The position numbers were made by a program, and so were the translations under genes. The notes below the pieces were generated by a model. It ran no database searches and had not been told where the DNA came from. It saw nothing but the letters and a program-made list of their open reading frames with translations. A DNA stretch of 64,000 nucleotides from Tricharina praecox (lineage: Eukaryota): assembly GCF_024521635.1 (NCBI RefSeq), contig NW_026250411.1:496001-560000 (forward strand). Reading direction: 5' to 3'. Below are positions 49,355 through 60,441 of this stretch, piece by piece; the stretch's first letter is position 1; each line of letters opens with the position of its first letter.

Positions 49355-50542
49355 ATGTCTTCTGTCGTTTCAGAAAATGCTGTTTCAGCTCCTCCCGCAA
49401 TACAAAGGGAACATTCGCCGTATCGAGGCTTCGTCGGAGGCGTTTTCTCGGGGATCTCAAAGCTGGCCGGTGCGTGGCCCGCCATCCATCAAAGAGCAGA
49501 CGGATAGGAGTAGTGCTGATTCCCAGAGCAGTTGGACATCCGTACGGCCCGTACCCACCGGGTTGAGGACTGGCCCGAGTACCGGGATAATATGCTGATT
49601 ATCATAGCTTCGATACGATAAAAGTTCGCCTCCAGACGTCGCCGCCGGAGCGTTTCAAGGGTCCGTGGGATTGCCTCCTGAAGACGTGGCGCCATGAGTC
49701 CTACCGTGGCCTCTACAAAGGCGCAACTCCGCCATTGGTAGGATGGATGTTCATGGACTCGATGTAAGCAAAGCCCTTTGATCCCTCACTTCGCCGCCCC
49801 CGCGCACTGCAGGATTCGTGCTGACGCGGGCGCACTTCCTTCTAGAATGCTAGGCACCCTTTCCAACTACCGCGCGCTCCTCAAAACCTACGTCTACCAC
49901 GACAAACCGGCCCTCCCAGTGATAGGCCATGCGACGGCAGGAGTATTCGCCGGCTGGACTGTCTCCTTTATTGCGGCGCCAGTGGAACACGTCAAGGCTC
50001 GGCTGCAGGTCCAATACCATCGTGCAGGCTCCACGACCAAGCCGCGCTACAGCGGACCCATAGATTGTACACGACAGCTGGTGCGAGGGCATGGTATCCA
50101 AGGGCTCTATCATGGGTTGGGAGCAACGATGCTGTTTAGAACATTCTTTTTCGTCTGGTGGGGGTCATATGAGATTTTCTCGAATATTCTGAAAGAAAAG
50201 ACGACGCTGTCAGCTCCCATGGTGAACTTCTGGGCCGGCGGACTGAGCGCACAGGCTTTCTGGTTGACGAGTTACCCCAGTGATGTCGTGAAGCAGAGGA
50301 TCATGACGGATCCGTTGGAGCCCGGCGAGAGGAAGTTCAGACGGTGGAGAGATGCTGCTAAGACGGTATACCACGAGAATGGGTGGAAGGGGTACTGGCG
50401 GTAAGCTGATGTGTTCCTGAAGGGCTAATGAATTGTTGACTGACGTGTTTAAAGCGGATTTGTACCGTGCTTCTTAAGGGCATTCCCGGCCAATGCTATG
50501 GCGTTGGTTGCATTCGAGGCGGTGATGAGGACGTTGCCATAG
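49355..50542 (+). CDS. Mitochondrial carrier family protein (YMC/ornithine-carnitine subgroup-like)
   Basis: Exons 49355-49469, 49532-49541, 49608-49763, 49846-50400, 50455-50542. Three PX[DE]XXK motifs (PFDTIKVRLQ, PVEHVKARLQ, PSDVVKQRIM); ends LRAFPANA. Confidence 0.95.
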
Positions 50543-50873
50543 TACGGTACTGTCGTATCTAATCGTTATGACTAGATGAAGGGGATTTAGAACTGTACAG
50601 CATTCGTCATAGATAGACTTCTTTGAGCCGTTCCCGTTCAGTCATATTACCATTGAACATTCGGCAGTTCTCTAAATTCTAAATTCCATCTGTCGCTGCC
50701 ACAAAATCTCACTCGTCTGATTCGTACCGGGCTAGCTCAGAAATCAGCCGCCTGGTCCGTGCCCACTCTATACAAATAGAGTTAACCAGCGTAAAGAGAG
50801 CTTGCTCCCAACTCTTACCCATAACAGGAGCACAACCACAAGCTTCTAGAAAGTCATTATCTCCAGCTCTCCC

Positions 50874-53134
50874 ATGTTCCGCCCACTTCGCCTATTTTCA
50901 AAGGCTGCCGATCCTATCTTTTGTCCAGCTGCATTGGACGGGCAGCCATGTATTATTCCGCAATGCTTCTTTTCGCACGAAGTTTACCTTCCTCAACCAC
51001 CCCCGGCGCCTCCTCCACCATCCAAGCCTATCACCGCGCCCGCGCCCGCGCCCACGCCCACAGAACCAGAAGATAGCTACGAGCCGCCGCCCGCTATTAC
51101 ACCGCCGAAGAAGACGGTGGATCCACGGTTACGGGACATTGTCGAAGGGAAGAAGATCACGGAAGCGAAGAAGACACAGGATCTTGTGGCAGCGAGGGAC
51201 AAACGGCCTAGATCAGTTGAGGTGCAATGCGGAGCTGCAAAAGATGTCAAAGATGCTATCAACTCGGCAACTAAGGGCGCGTCGAAAGCCGTCGAGACTG
51301 GAAACGTGTCGCCTGGAGCTTCGTCGGTCATAGCTTCGTCGGATGCCTGGCCGACTCCAGCGCAGTCGAGCAAGAAGCTCAAGACCTCGAAGGCAGGAGG
51401 AAGTGATGTACCTGTCGATGAATTCTATGGAAATCATGTTTGTGTCCCGCTGAGACCCGGACGTGGATCCGGGCCCGACTAAGCGGTACCTATGTTTAAC
51501 TGACCGCATGTCATGTGTAGGTGCCTTCCAACACGACGGCCGTTTCGAACAAAGCGGGAACCGTGAAGTCTACCACGGCAACATCAGGCAGACCACCCAA
51601 ACGACCAGCCCCAGACTCTCCTACACTTTCGACTGTCACCAAAGCCGATCCGTTAAAGCGTCCAAAAACTACCACCGCGATGTCGCTAACCGCAAAATCT
51701 TTCGATTCGACCAAAACCTCGAAACCCGTCGTTCGTCAGACTTTGAACCCTCGTCTGATACAACGGTCGCCGGCACCTCACGGCCAACGGCTCCAGTATC
51801 TGCAGATCTTACAGACAGAGCTCACCCGTCTCTCTGGTAATCCTAAAGGAGACGCCGCGACTCAGGCGATCATTTGCAAGTGTCTGGATCTGGAGGAAGA
51901 TATTGCGTTGAAGAAAAGGGAGATATATCGTCAGGCGATGGGCAAGCTGTGCATGCGATACAAGAAGGCGACAATGGAAGACTACAAGAAGGAGCTGGAT
52001 GAGGAGAGGGTGAAGGCCACACCCGCGCCCGTCGTCTCACCGACAAGCAAAGCTGGTCTGGAGAATGCGAAGCTGCCACTTGATACTGGTCTCCCAAAGC
52101 CCACTGAATTAACCCGTCTGCGCGATTTCGTTGTCGGTGTCGAAACTCTCAAGAAGCATAGTTACATACTCACCCCCCCAACAGCTGCCGAGATCGAGCA
52201 AGCCCGTGCGGGTGTCGAAGCCGCGGGCGGATATGAAACTTGCGAGCGCTGCACCCAACGTTTTCAGGTCTTCCCCGGCCGACGGATAAGCGATGGTGCC
52301 CTCACAACCGGCGGAACATGTACCTACCACCACGGACGTAAAGCCGGACCCCGATCGACCCCTGGCACGATCTCCGAGGCGAAGTGGACATGCTGCGGCG
52401 GTGTGGTCGGATTCCATAATGGCTGTGAGACTGCTCCAACACACGTGTTCAAAGTCACGGATCCAAAGCGACTGGCCCTCCAACTTCCCTTCAGCAAGAC
52501 ACCCCCGAATCCTAACATTAAAACCGAACGGGCCCTTGCTCTGGATTGCGAAATGTCGTACACTACGCACGGAATGGAGCTGACACGAATAACTGCAACT
52601 GCTTTTCCAAGCGGCAAGATCGTCATCGACGCGCTCGTGAAGCCATACGGCGTTGTATTGGACTTCAACACCCGCTTCTCCGGCGTATCCTCGGAAATGC
52701 TCACCTCAGCATCACCATGGCGCCCCACCGCCCCATATCCCGATGTTTCCAGTACCGAGCTGATCAACCCAACCACTCACTCGCCCCCGGAGAAACTGGG
52801 AATCTTCGCATCGCCCTCGCAAGCCAGGAAAGCGTTGTACCACTACATCGGCCCGAACACAATCTTAATCGGCCATGCGCTCGAAAATGACCTGCTGCAC
52901 CTCCGAATGTGCCACGAGGCTATTGTCGACACCGCCGTGCTGTTCCCACACAACAGGGGCCTCCCCATGCGCAATAAACTGAAGTACATTGTGCAGCACT
53001 TCCTGGGGAGGGAGATCCAGGTCGATGGTGGAGACTCGGGGCTCAAGGGCCATGATTCTGCCATCGATGCTCGATGTGCCGCTGAGCTGTGCCGTTATAG
53101 GATCAAAGAGGCGGAGGAGAAGCAGAAGGTTTAA
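50874..53134 (+). CDS. REX3: RNA exonuclease 3 (DEDDh family)
   Basis: Exons 50874-51437 and 51521-53134. CERC..CTYHHG..WTCC..GC zinc-like region; ALDCEM, FNTRFSGV, GHALENDL, DTAVLF, GHDSAIDA. Confidence 0.93.
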
Positions 53135-53582
53135 TCATTAGAATACCTACCATGATGGTGATGAACGAGCATACTCTTTTCTTGTGCATATATTCTTTTT
53201 TCTTTCGTTTGCTTTTAATTTGTGCTGTTTGTACTATACCTATTGTATGAGCAAGAGGATCAGGAGGGCGTTCTCTTTTAGAGCGGGGTTTTTGGCTGTT
53301 TGGATGGATGATATAGCTGGTCTGCTCTTGCATCTGGGTTGGGAGTTTCTGTTTGGTTTGGATGGATGGATGCTGACGAATGAGACGTGTTGATGTTAAC
53401 ATTCTGCTGTGATGTTATGATCCTCCTGGCGAATAGCGTGTGAGTGCTCATTACAGGTACATAATACATATTCTTAGTTTTACTTTACGATCGTGACTCG
53501 TGAGTGGTAGAAATGGGCGGGTACTAAAAGATGGGCTCAGTTGCGAGTGGGAGGACTGGAAGAAAAAGAGGCAAAAAAGAGA

Positions 53583-53655
53583 AGCCCCACGCGGGGGTCG
53601 AACCCGCAGCCTTAAGATTAAGAGTCTTACGCTCTACCGATTGAGCTAGCGAGGC
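53583..53655 (-). tRNA. tRNA-Lys(CTT), copy 3
   Basis: Reverse complement identical to copies 1 and 2, followed by T tracts on the minus strand. Confidence 0.97.
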
Positions 53656-53814
53656 TTCATTGATGTGCACTACAATATGATACATATAATACATTTATGC
53701 CTGTGCAAGCAAACTTTAGTACGCTCTACAAGCGCTATGTACGATACGAACGAACTTTTCCTTAACCTTCAACTCCAAAATAGGTAGGTACAAAAATACA
53801 AGCAAGCAACTAAT

Positions 53815-56696
53815 CTAAAACTTCCTCTTCTTGGTGGGCCTATTATTCTTCTCTTTCCTCTTTGCCAGTTGTCTCCGGCCCTTCTCAATCTCGGTATTAC
53901 TCTTGATCTCGTTCTTTGCTCCAACACCCTTGACGAGACCCTTCTCCTTCGCCTCGGCGAACCGCTTCTTACGCACCTCAAAGTCGTCACGGAATTTGTC
54001 CGGTCTCTTCGGCGCCGCAGTGGACTTGTGATACATCTTGCCATGGAGCTTTCCACCCATGGGGGCGGAGTTGTTGCCCGGTCCATTGCTGAACTTGTTG
54101 CCACCCTTCTCAAGCTCACCCGTACGAGGCATGCGATCGATCTTGTGGGCGTTCTTCCATGTCTGGAACCGTCCGCTCTTGAACGACGCGGCAATCTTCT
54201 GGCCAGATTCGCCGATGATCATGCGAGCGCCCTTGGACCCGTCCTCGTCGTTCGCGCGTGCAACGTATTTCTTGGCTTTCTTGTCCCAGCGCAGTCCCTT
54301 GGCTTTGCTGGCTTCGCCGAAGCCCTTGCGTTCGTCGCTGGCAAGATCCATTTGTGCGGTGCGTGCGGCTTCTGTGAAGGAGGCTACGCCGCCGGTGATG
54401 GAGTACCCACGGTCTTCGGCGAGCGAGATGGAGGGGTTGTAAGACATGAAGTGTTCTGGGTCTTCGAAGCCGTGCTTCTTGCTCTTTTTGCGCTGGGCTT
54501 TGGTGGTGAAGGTTGCGGCGAGCTCGTCGTCGGAGGCTGCGGCCATGTCGACATCCTCGTCGTCGCCTAGACCGTCCTCGTCATTGGCAGCCTTGTCCTT
54601 GACCGCCTCCTCGTCGTCTTCAGAGTCCGAATCGTCGGCCTGTGTAGCACGGTGACGGTTGGATGGATCGATCCGAATCTTTTCACGGCGTGCTCGCATT
54701 ATCGTTGCTGCCTCGGATTTGTCTTTGCCCCGCTGACCTACCTCGAAGACAGTCTCGGTGGGCCGGAAATTGGAAACTCGGGCGAGCATCTTTATCCGCT
54801 CGACTTCCATGGCGTCGACTTCATCCGCAAATTTGGGGTTCAATGTCGTCCAACCTTTACTCGACACTATTTCTTTGGCGCGCTTGACGCTCTCGCTAGA
54901 TGCAGATGGTCGGGAGCGGTTGTACTGCTTCTCTGCTCGGACTGACACCCCCTTCAGTGAGTAAAGCTCAGTATCCTCTTCAAGGAGCTTGTTGACGGCT
55001 TCGACACAGCGCTCAACGGGGTCTCGCAGTAGTGTTCCCACGACGACATCCTGGGCAAAGTTGAAGTCCTTGCTCGATTTCTTATCGCCCTCCTTCGAGA
55101 AAATGATCTTGCGACCCAAAAACAGTTGCAAATCGATGAGGTAGGGTGCATCCTCGGCGCGAACCATGGAGTATGCCCAACCTCTTCGTCCAGCACGAGC
55201 AGTACGTCCGACACGATGGACGAACACTTTTGGCTGCGGCGGGAAATCGAAGTTGATGACATTTGCCAGCAAAGGAATATCGATACCACGGGCGGCAACG
55301 TCAGTCACCACCAGAACCTGCGTCTCTCCAGAGCGAAACCGGGCTACTTGCTGTCGGCGCGCAACTTGGTCGAGTGCACCGTACACGTAAGATACAGGGT
55401 ATCCAGAGCGATTCACCAGCGCGGCAAGGTATTCGACGTGATGTTTCGTGGCAGCGAAGATGATGGTGGAGAATAATGATGGTGCTTCCTTTCCGGCTGG
55501 GTTCTTGTCTTGTCCGCGTTTCCTTTTCTTGTATGACTTCTGCGGTTCTCCTCCATCCTCCAGCTTGAGGACCGTTTTGATACCAGTTTCGCCCATAGGG
55601 ATCTTGATGACGTTCTTGAGGATATGGATAAGGGCACCCTCCTTCTCGGAAGAGGTCACAGTGAAGAATGCAGACTCGAGATCTTGCGAAATCTTGGAAT
55701 CCACGTCGAGACGCACAAGTGTAGGCTCCTGAAGACCGGCCTTTGCAAACTCCGTCAAGGCTTTTGGCAGTGTGGCGGAGAAGAGGAGGGTTTGGCGGCT
55801 CGAGGGGAGGGCGTAGAGAATTTCCGTAAGCTGCGAAGCGAAACCCATCTCGAACAGACGATCAGCTTCGTCGAAAACGATGTACTGGACGGATTTGAGA
55901 TCCAACTCCATCTCGACCTGGAGATGGAGGAAACGACCGGGGGTTGCGATGATGCTGTAGATTGTTAGCATCGGGAGAACTAGAGGAGAATGAGGGAGTT
56001 ACATGTCGGGGTTGCTGGCCATGAAGCCGAACTGATCCTCCAGACTGTCTCCTCCGACCAACAGCACCGACTTGAGATCGGTACCCTTCCCGAGATCCTT
56101 CACGACCTTCAACGTCTGTAGGGCCAATTCACGACTGGGCGACAATATAATTGCTCTTGCACCGACCTATAGACAGCAGTTAGCATCCAACCATGGTCCT
56201 CATGATTTTGCTCAAGTACCTGCACACTGTGCGTCTTCAACTTCTCGATCATGGGAATGACGAAAGCCGCTGTCTTTCCACTACCAGTCCTGGCCATACC
56301 GACAACATCCAGGCCATCCATAACTAACGGGATTGTCTTTCTCTGAATAGGTGTAGGCACCGAAAAACCCTTCCGCGCAATGGCCTTCAACATATGTTTG
56401 CTCAACCCCATCGCCTGAAACCCTCCACCCTTCTTCTTTCCGCTCTTGTCCGTTCCACCTTTCCTATTCATTGCCGACTGCTGAGCAGCAATAAATGCCG
56501 CTTCCTCATCCCCACTCTCATCATCGCTACCGTCGAGAATGTCGCCGACATCCAACGTCTGATTTGTGTTCGGCGCACGAGGCGGCGGCGCACCGGTGCC
56601 ATCGTCGTCGCTCAGGAATTCCGAGTCGGCGAGCGCATTGGAAATATCGAGCTCGTACTCGCTCTCTGCGGGAGAAGACTCGCGACGGCGGGGCAT
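53815..56696 (-). CDS. DBP10: DEAD-box RNA helicase Dbp10 (60S biogenesis)
   Basis: Exons 56696-56220, 56166-56003, 55954-53815. [50 protein letters not shown]-terminal [27 protein letters not shown]. Confidence 0.97.
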
Positions 56697-56968
56697 GGTC
56701 GAAATGTAGGTTTTGGCGGGTTGATGTTGGCGTCTCGAATTCGTCCACCGTCTGCGAAACTACAATCAAAATTTCGACGCTAAATGATAGCTCGAAGTCT
56801 TGGCCGCGGCTAGGCTGCGACCTGGTCCGTGCGTAGCACCTGCGCGACGCGTGAAATCCGAACCGTCTAATCCGAAAGTAAAACCGAACTGCACGACAAC
56901 CGAGCAACACAACACTGTTTGGCGGTTCTATTCTTACCGCCATCATATCATTATACCTTCACTCCGGT

Positions 56969-57044
56969 ACATCACTCCTAAACACCACGACTCTCTGGCA
57001 GTACGGACATCACTTCTCCACACCACGACTCTCCGGCAGTACGG
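56969..57044. repeat. Tandem 38-bp duplication in the DBP10-CFT2 divergent intergenic region
   Basis: acatcactcctaaacaccacgactctctggcagtacgg followed by acatcacttctccacaccacgactctccggcagtacgg. Confidence 0.9.
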
Positions 57045-57064
57045 GCAGCACTTGCCAATCGACC

Positions 57065-60040
57065 ATGTTCCACTTCACGGCGTTGCTCGGCGCACAATCC
57101 GACTCACCCGCTTGCCAATCCCTCCTCGAGCTTGACAATGGCATCAAGATCCTCGTCGACGTAGGCTGGGACAACAGCTTCGACATTAAGATGCTCTCAG
57201 AACTAGAGCGCCACACACCGACCATCGATCTCATCCTCCTCACACACCCGACCCTCGAACACATGGGCGCATACGCACACGCCTGCAAACACATTCCCAA
57301 CTTCAACTCGATACCCGTGTACTCGACCTTCCCAGTCTCTAACCTTGGCCGGTTGCTGCTACAGGATATCTACCTCTCGACGCCAAAGTCCTTCACGCGA
57401 CTACAGGGCACCGCGGTGACGGCCGCACCCTACCTCTCTAGCCCTTCAAGCATCTTGCCGTCCGGAACTACTACCGAGCTACCGGAGAACGCATTGAAGC
57501 TCCCGCCAGCACCAAGTGAGATTGATTCCTACTGCGGAAAGATCGTTACTCTGAAGTACTCGCAGCCGACGCCTCTACATTCCGCCGTCGCCAGAGTCGC
57601 TGGCAAGCTTGGTAGTGTCACAATCACGGCGTACTCCGCTGGCCATTCGCTGGGTGGAACGATATGGAAGATTCAGCAGGCACAGGAGTCGATTGTCTAT
57701 GCGGTTGATTGGAACTTGTCAAGGGAAAACTGCTTGAGGGGTGCTGCTTTCCTCAGTGGAGAGGGAGGGAGGGTGCAAGAGGCGCTACTGAAGCCGACGG
57801 CTTTGGTGTGTTCATCGAAGAATGCGACCGTCACGAATATGGCGGGAGGCCGGAAAAAGAGAGATGGGATTCTGCTGGACATGATACGAAAGGTGGCAGT
57901 GCAGAATGGAGGGACAGTTTTGATTCCTACGGATTCGGTGGGGAGAGTGCTGGAGTTGGCGTATCTTCTAGAGCATGCTTGGAGAAAGGACGGGAGGTTA
58001 TCCGGCAAAGGGCAAGGGCAAGGGATTAGCTTGTATCTGGCCGGAAGAAAGGCGAAGCGCCTGGGCCAGGTGATCGGCAGCATGTTGGAGTGGATGGACG
58101 AGGCGGTAGTCCGGGAATTCGAGTCCATCGCCGAGAAGTCTAGTCGAAGGGGGGGGGGACGACGTCGTGGTGACCAAGACAGTAAGGATGCGGAGACCTC
58201 CGGAAACAAGGCCGGACCATTCGACTTCTTATATCTGAATCTGGTATCGACACCCGGACAGTTGGCAAAGGCTCTGAACAACAATGACGGCCGTGGAAAA
58301 GTCATCATTGCGTCCGATTTGAGTCTGGAGTGGGGCTTCAGCAGAGACGCATTGCTCAAGCTCGCCAATGACGACAAGAACGTGGTTGTTTTGACGGAAC
58401 GCGGTGAAGGGAAGTCGGGGTTGGTGGGGCGGTTGTGGCAAGGATGGAAGGAGGCCACAACTAAAAACGAGGAGGATAGTGCTGCCACCGGACAACTCGC
58501 AGTCGTCGATACATCACAGGAGATCGAGAACGCCAGTAAGACACCATTAGAAGGCGAGGAGCTGCTGTCATACCAGCGACATGTTGCGACTCGCCAGACC
58601 CTCACTTCTCAGCATCAGTCCTTGATGTCTACCTCCGGGCTACCTTCTGGACTTGATGACGACCAGGACGACGAAGATGCATCATCATCCTCGGACGATG
58701 ACTCGGACTCGGAGAGGCAAGGAAAAGCCCTTACTACTGCCGCATCAAAGAAGATTTCCCAGGCGACAATGATGATGGGTGGTGCGGTGCCGGCTGGTGT
58801 GAGCGAGAAGATCGACATAGGTATCAACATCCTGCTACGAGGAGAGGGAATCTATGACTTCGACGTGCGTGGCGCGAAGGGGAGAAATAGAATGTTTCCC
58901 TTCCAGGTGCGACGAAAGCGAATCGATGAGTATGGCGAAGTTGTTCGGCCGGACGATTATATGCGTGCCGAGGAGCGGAACGACGAAGAGCTGGCAGACG
59001 ATGAAGGGGAGAGGAGAGAGGAAACCAGAGTCATGGGTAAGAAGCGGAAATGGGATGAGGAGATCCCAAAACCAGGCACTGGGGGCCACAAGGGCAGTAA
59101 AGGAGCCATAGATATGAGTAAACGAAGGGGGGTGTATAAGCGGACGAAAGGCGGATCGGGCAACAATGAAGATGGCTACGATTCGAACGACCAGGAATCG
59201 GCCGAAGAAGGCGAGGTTTCCGAAAGCTCGGAAGGGGAGGACGTCGAAGAGGCTCTTGCATCACCAAGCAAGCTTACCATCTCTTCGGAGACTGTCCGCA
59301 TACATATCAGCGCAACCTTTATCGACTACGCCGGTCTACACGATCAGAAGAGCTTGCGAATGCTACTCCCTCTCATCGACCCGAAAAAGCTGATTCTCAT
59401 CGGAGGCAAGCGGGAGGAGACGAAATATCTGGCCGAGTTTTACCGTGAGAAGGCGGCGCTGTCAAGCCGTGGCATAAGCACGGGAACCGATGTCTTCTTC
59501 CCTCAAATGGGCCAGAAAGTAAATGCCTCTGTCGACACCAATGCATGGGTTGTGAAGCTGGGCAATACCTTATCCCGTGGCCTGAAATGGCAGCATGCCA
59601 GAGGGCTCGGCGTGGTGCACGTCATAGGACGTGTGGCGCCCGAAGAGGAAAAAGGACAACCAGACTCGAAGAAGCAGAAGACCATCACCGAGGAGGGCGA
59701 GATCCCAAGCCGGGATGACGACCGGCAGTTGGTGTTGGATGTCCTCCCACCGGCTCTTGCCGCTGCGACGAGGAGCTTCGCCCAGCCCATTCACGTGGGT
59801 GATATCAGACTGGCAGATCTGAGGAGGGTTTTGCAGGATGAAGGCCATGCAGCGGAGTTCAAGGGAGAGGGTACTCTTCTTGTGGACGGATTTGTGGTGG
59901 TGAGGAAGACGGGTGTGGGTAATGTCTCGGTAGAAGACGGAGGCGGGGGATTTATTGGAGCGGCCTCGGCGAGAGGGAAGACTTTTGTACAAGTCAGGCG
60001 GAAAGTGTATGCTGGACTGGCTGTTGTGGCGGGTGGATAG
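57065..60040 (+). CDS. CFT2: Cleavage and polyadenylation specificity factor subunit 2 (CPSF100/Cft2)
   Basis: Single 991-aa ORF. MFHFTALLGAQ, ILVDVGWD, degenerate metallo-beta-lactamase LTHPTLEHMGA, AGHSLGGTIWKI, YAVDWN, RVLEL, MFPF...DEYGE, IDYAGLHD, IHVGDIRLADLR, EFKGEGTL. Confidence 0.96.
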   Translation: MFHFTALLGAQSDSPACQSLLELDNGIKILVDVGWDNSFDIKMLSELERHTPTIDLILLTHPTLEHMGAYAHACKHIPNFNSIPVYSTFPVSNLGRLLLQDIYLSTPKSFTRLQGTAVTAAPYLSSPSSILPSGTTTELPENALKLPPAPSEIDSYCGKIVTLKYSQPTPLHSAVARVAGKLGSVTITAYSAGHSLGGTIWKIQQAQESIVYAVDWNLSRENCLRGAAFLSGEGGRVQEALLKPTALVCSSKNATVTNMAGGRKKRDGILLDMIRKVAVQNGGTVLIPTDSVGRVLELAYLLEHAWRKDGRLSGKGQGQGISLYLAGRKAKRLGQVIGSMLEWMDEAVVREFESIAEKSSRRGGGRRRGDQDSKDAETSGNKAGPFDFLYLNLVSTPGQLAKALNNNDGRGKVIIASDLSLEWGFSRDALLKLANDDKNVVVLTERGEGKSGLVGRLWQGWKEATTKNEEDSAATGQLAVVDTSQEIENASKTPLEGEELLSYQRHVATRQTLTSQHQSLMSTSGLPSGLDDDQDDEDASSSSDDDSDSERQGKALTTAASKKISQATMMMGGAVPAGVSEKIDIGINILLRGEGIYDFDVRGAKGRNRMFPFQVRRKRIDEYGEVVRPDDYMRAEERNDEELADDEGERREETRVMGKKRKWDEEIPKPGTGGHKGSKGAIDMSKRRGVYKRTKGGSGNNEDGYDSNDQESAEEGEVSESSEGEDVEEALASPSKLTISSETVRIHISATFIDYAGLHDQKSLRMLLPLIDPKKLILIGGKREETKYLAEFYREKAALSSRGISTGTDVFFPQMGQKVNASVDTNAWVVKLGNTLSRGLKWQHARGLGVVHVIGRVAPEEEKGQPDSKKQKTITEEGEIPSRDDDRQLVLDVLPPALAAATRSFAQPIHVGDIRLADLRRVLQDEGHAAEFKGEGTLLVDGFVVVRKTGVGNVSVEDGGGGFIGAASARGKTFVQVRRKVYAGLAVVAGG

Positions 60041-60441
60041 GCATCTGCAATACTAGAGGGAACTTTTTTTTTCGGTAGAAAATCTTGCAATATACTGAAG
60101 CCGTACAGTCTCAGCTCCGTGACACTGTACTCATAACACAGAACAAACGTCCTGAGTTATCTCTGCATGGGATGTGAGTGTAATGGGCCGATACGCTCAG
60201 TGGAGCTGTGTAGGTAGATATTCTTGGCACTAAGCTTAATCTGACGTCGCGTTTCCCATCCTGGAAGTGCTCCACGTTCACCACTGCCGCCGTCTGTGAA
60301 GTCGACGACGTCTTAATGAAGCTTCGGCGTTGATCCAGCCACTACCGCTTCTTCTTTCTTTTCGGACGACTCACTCTAAACACCTTTTCCATTCCTCCTT
60401 CCATCCTTCGCGAAGGGGAATTCCGACAATCGCATAGCATC

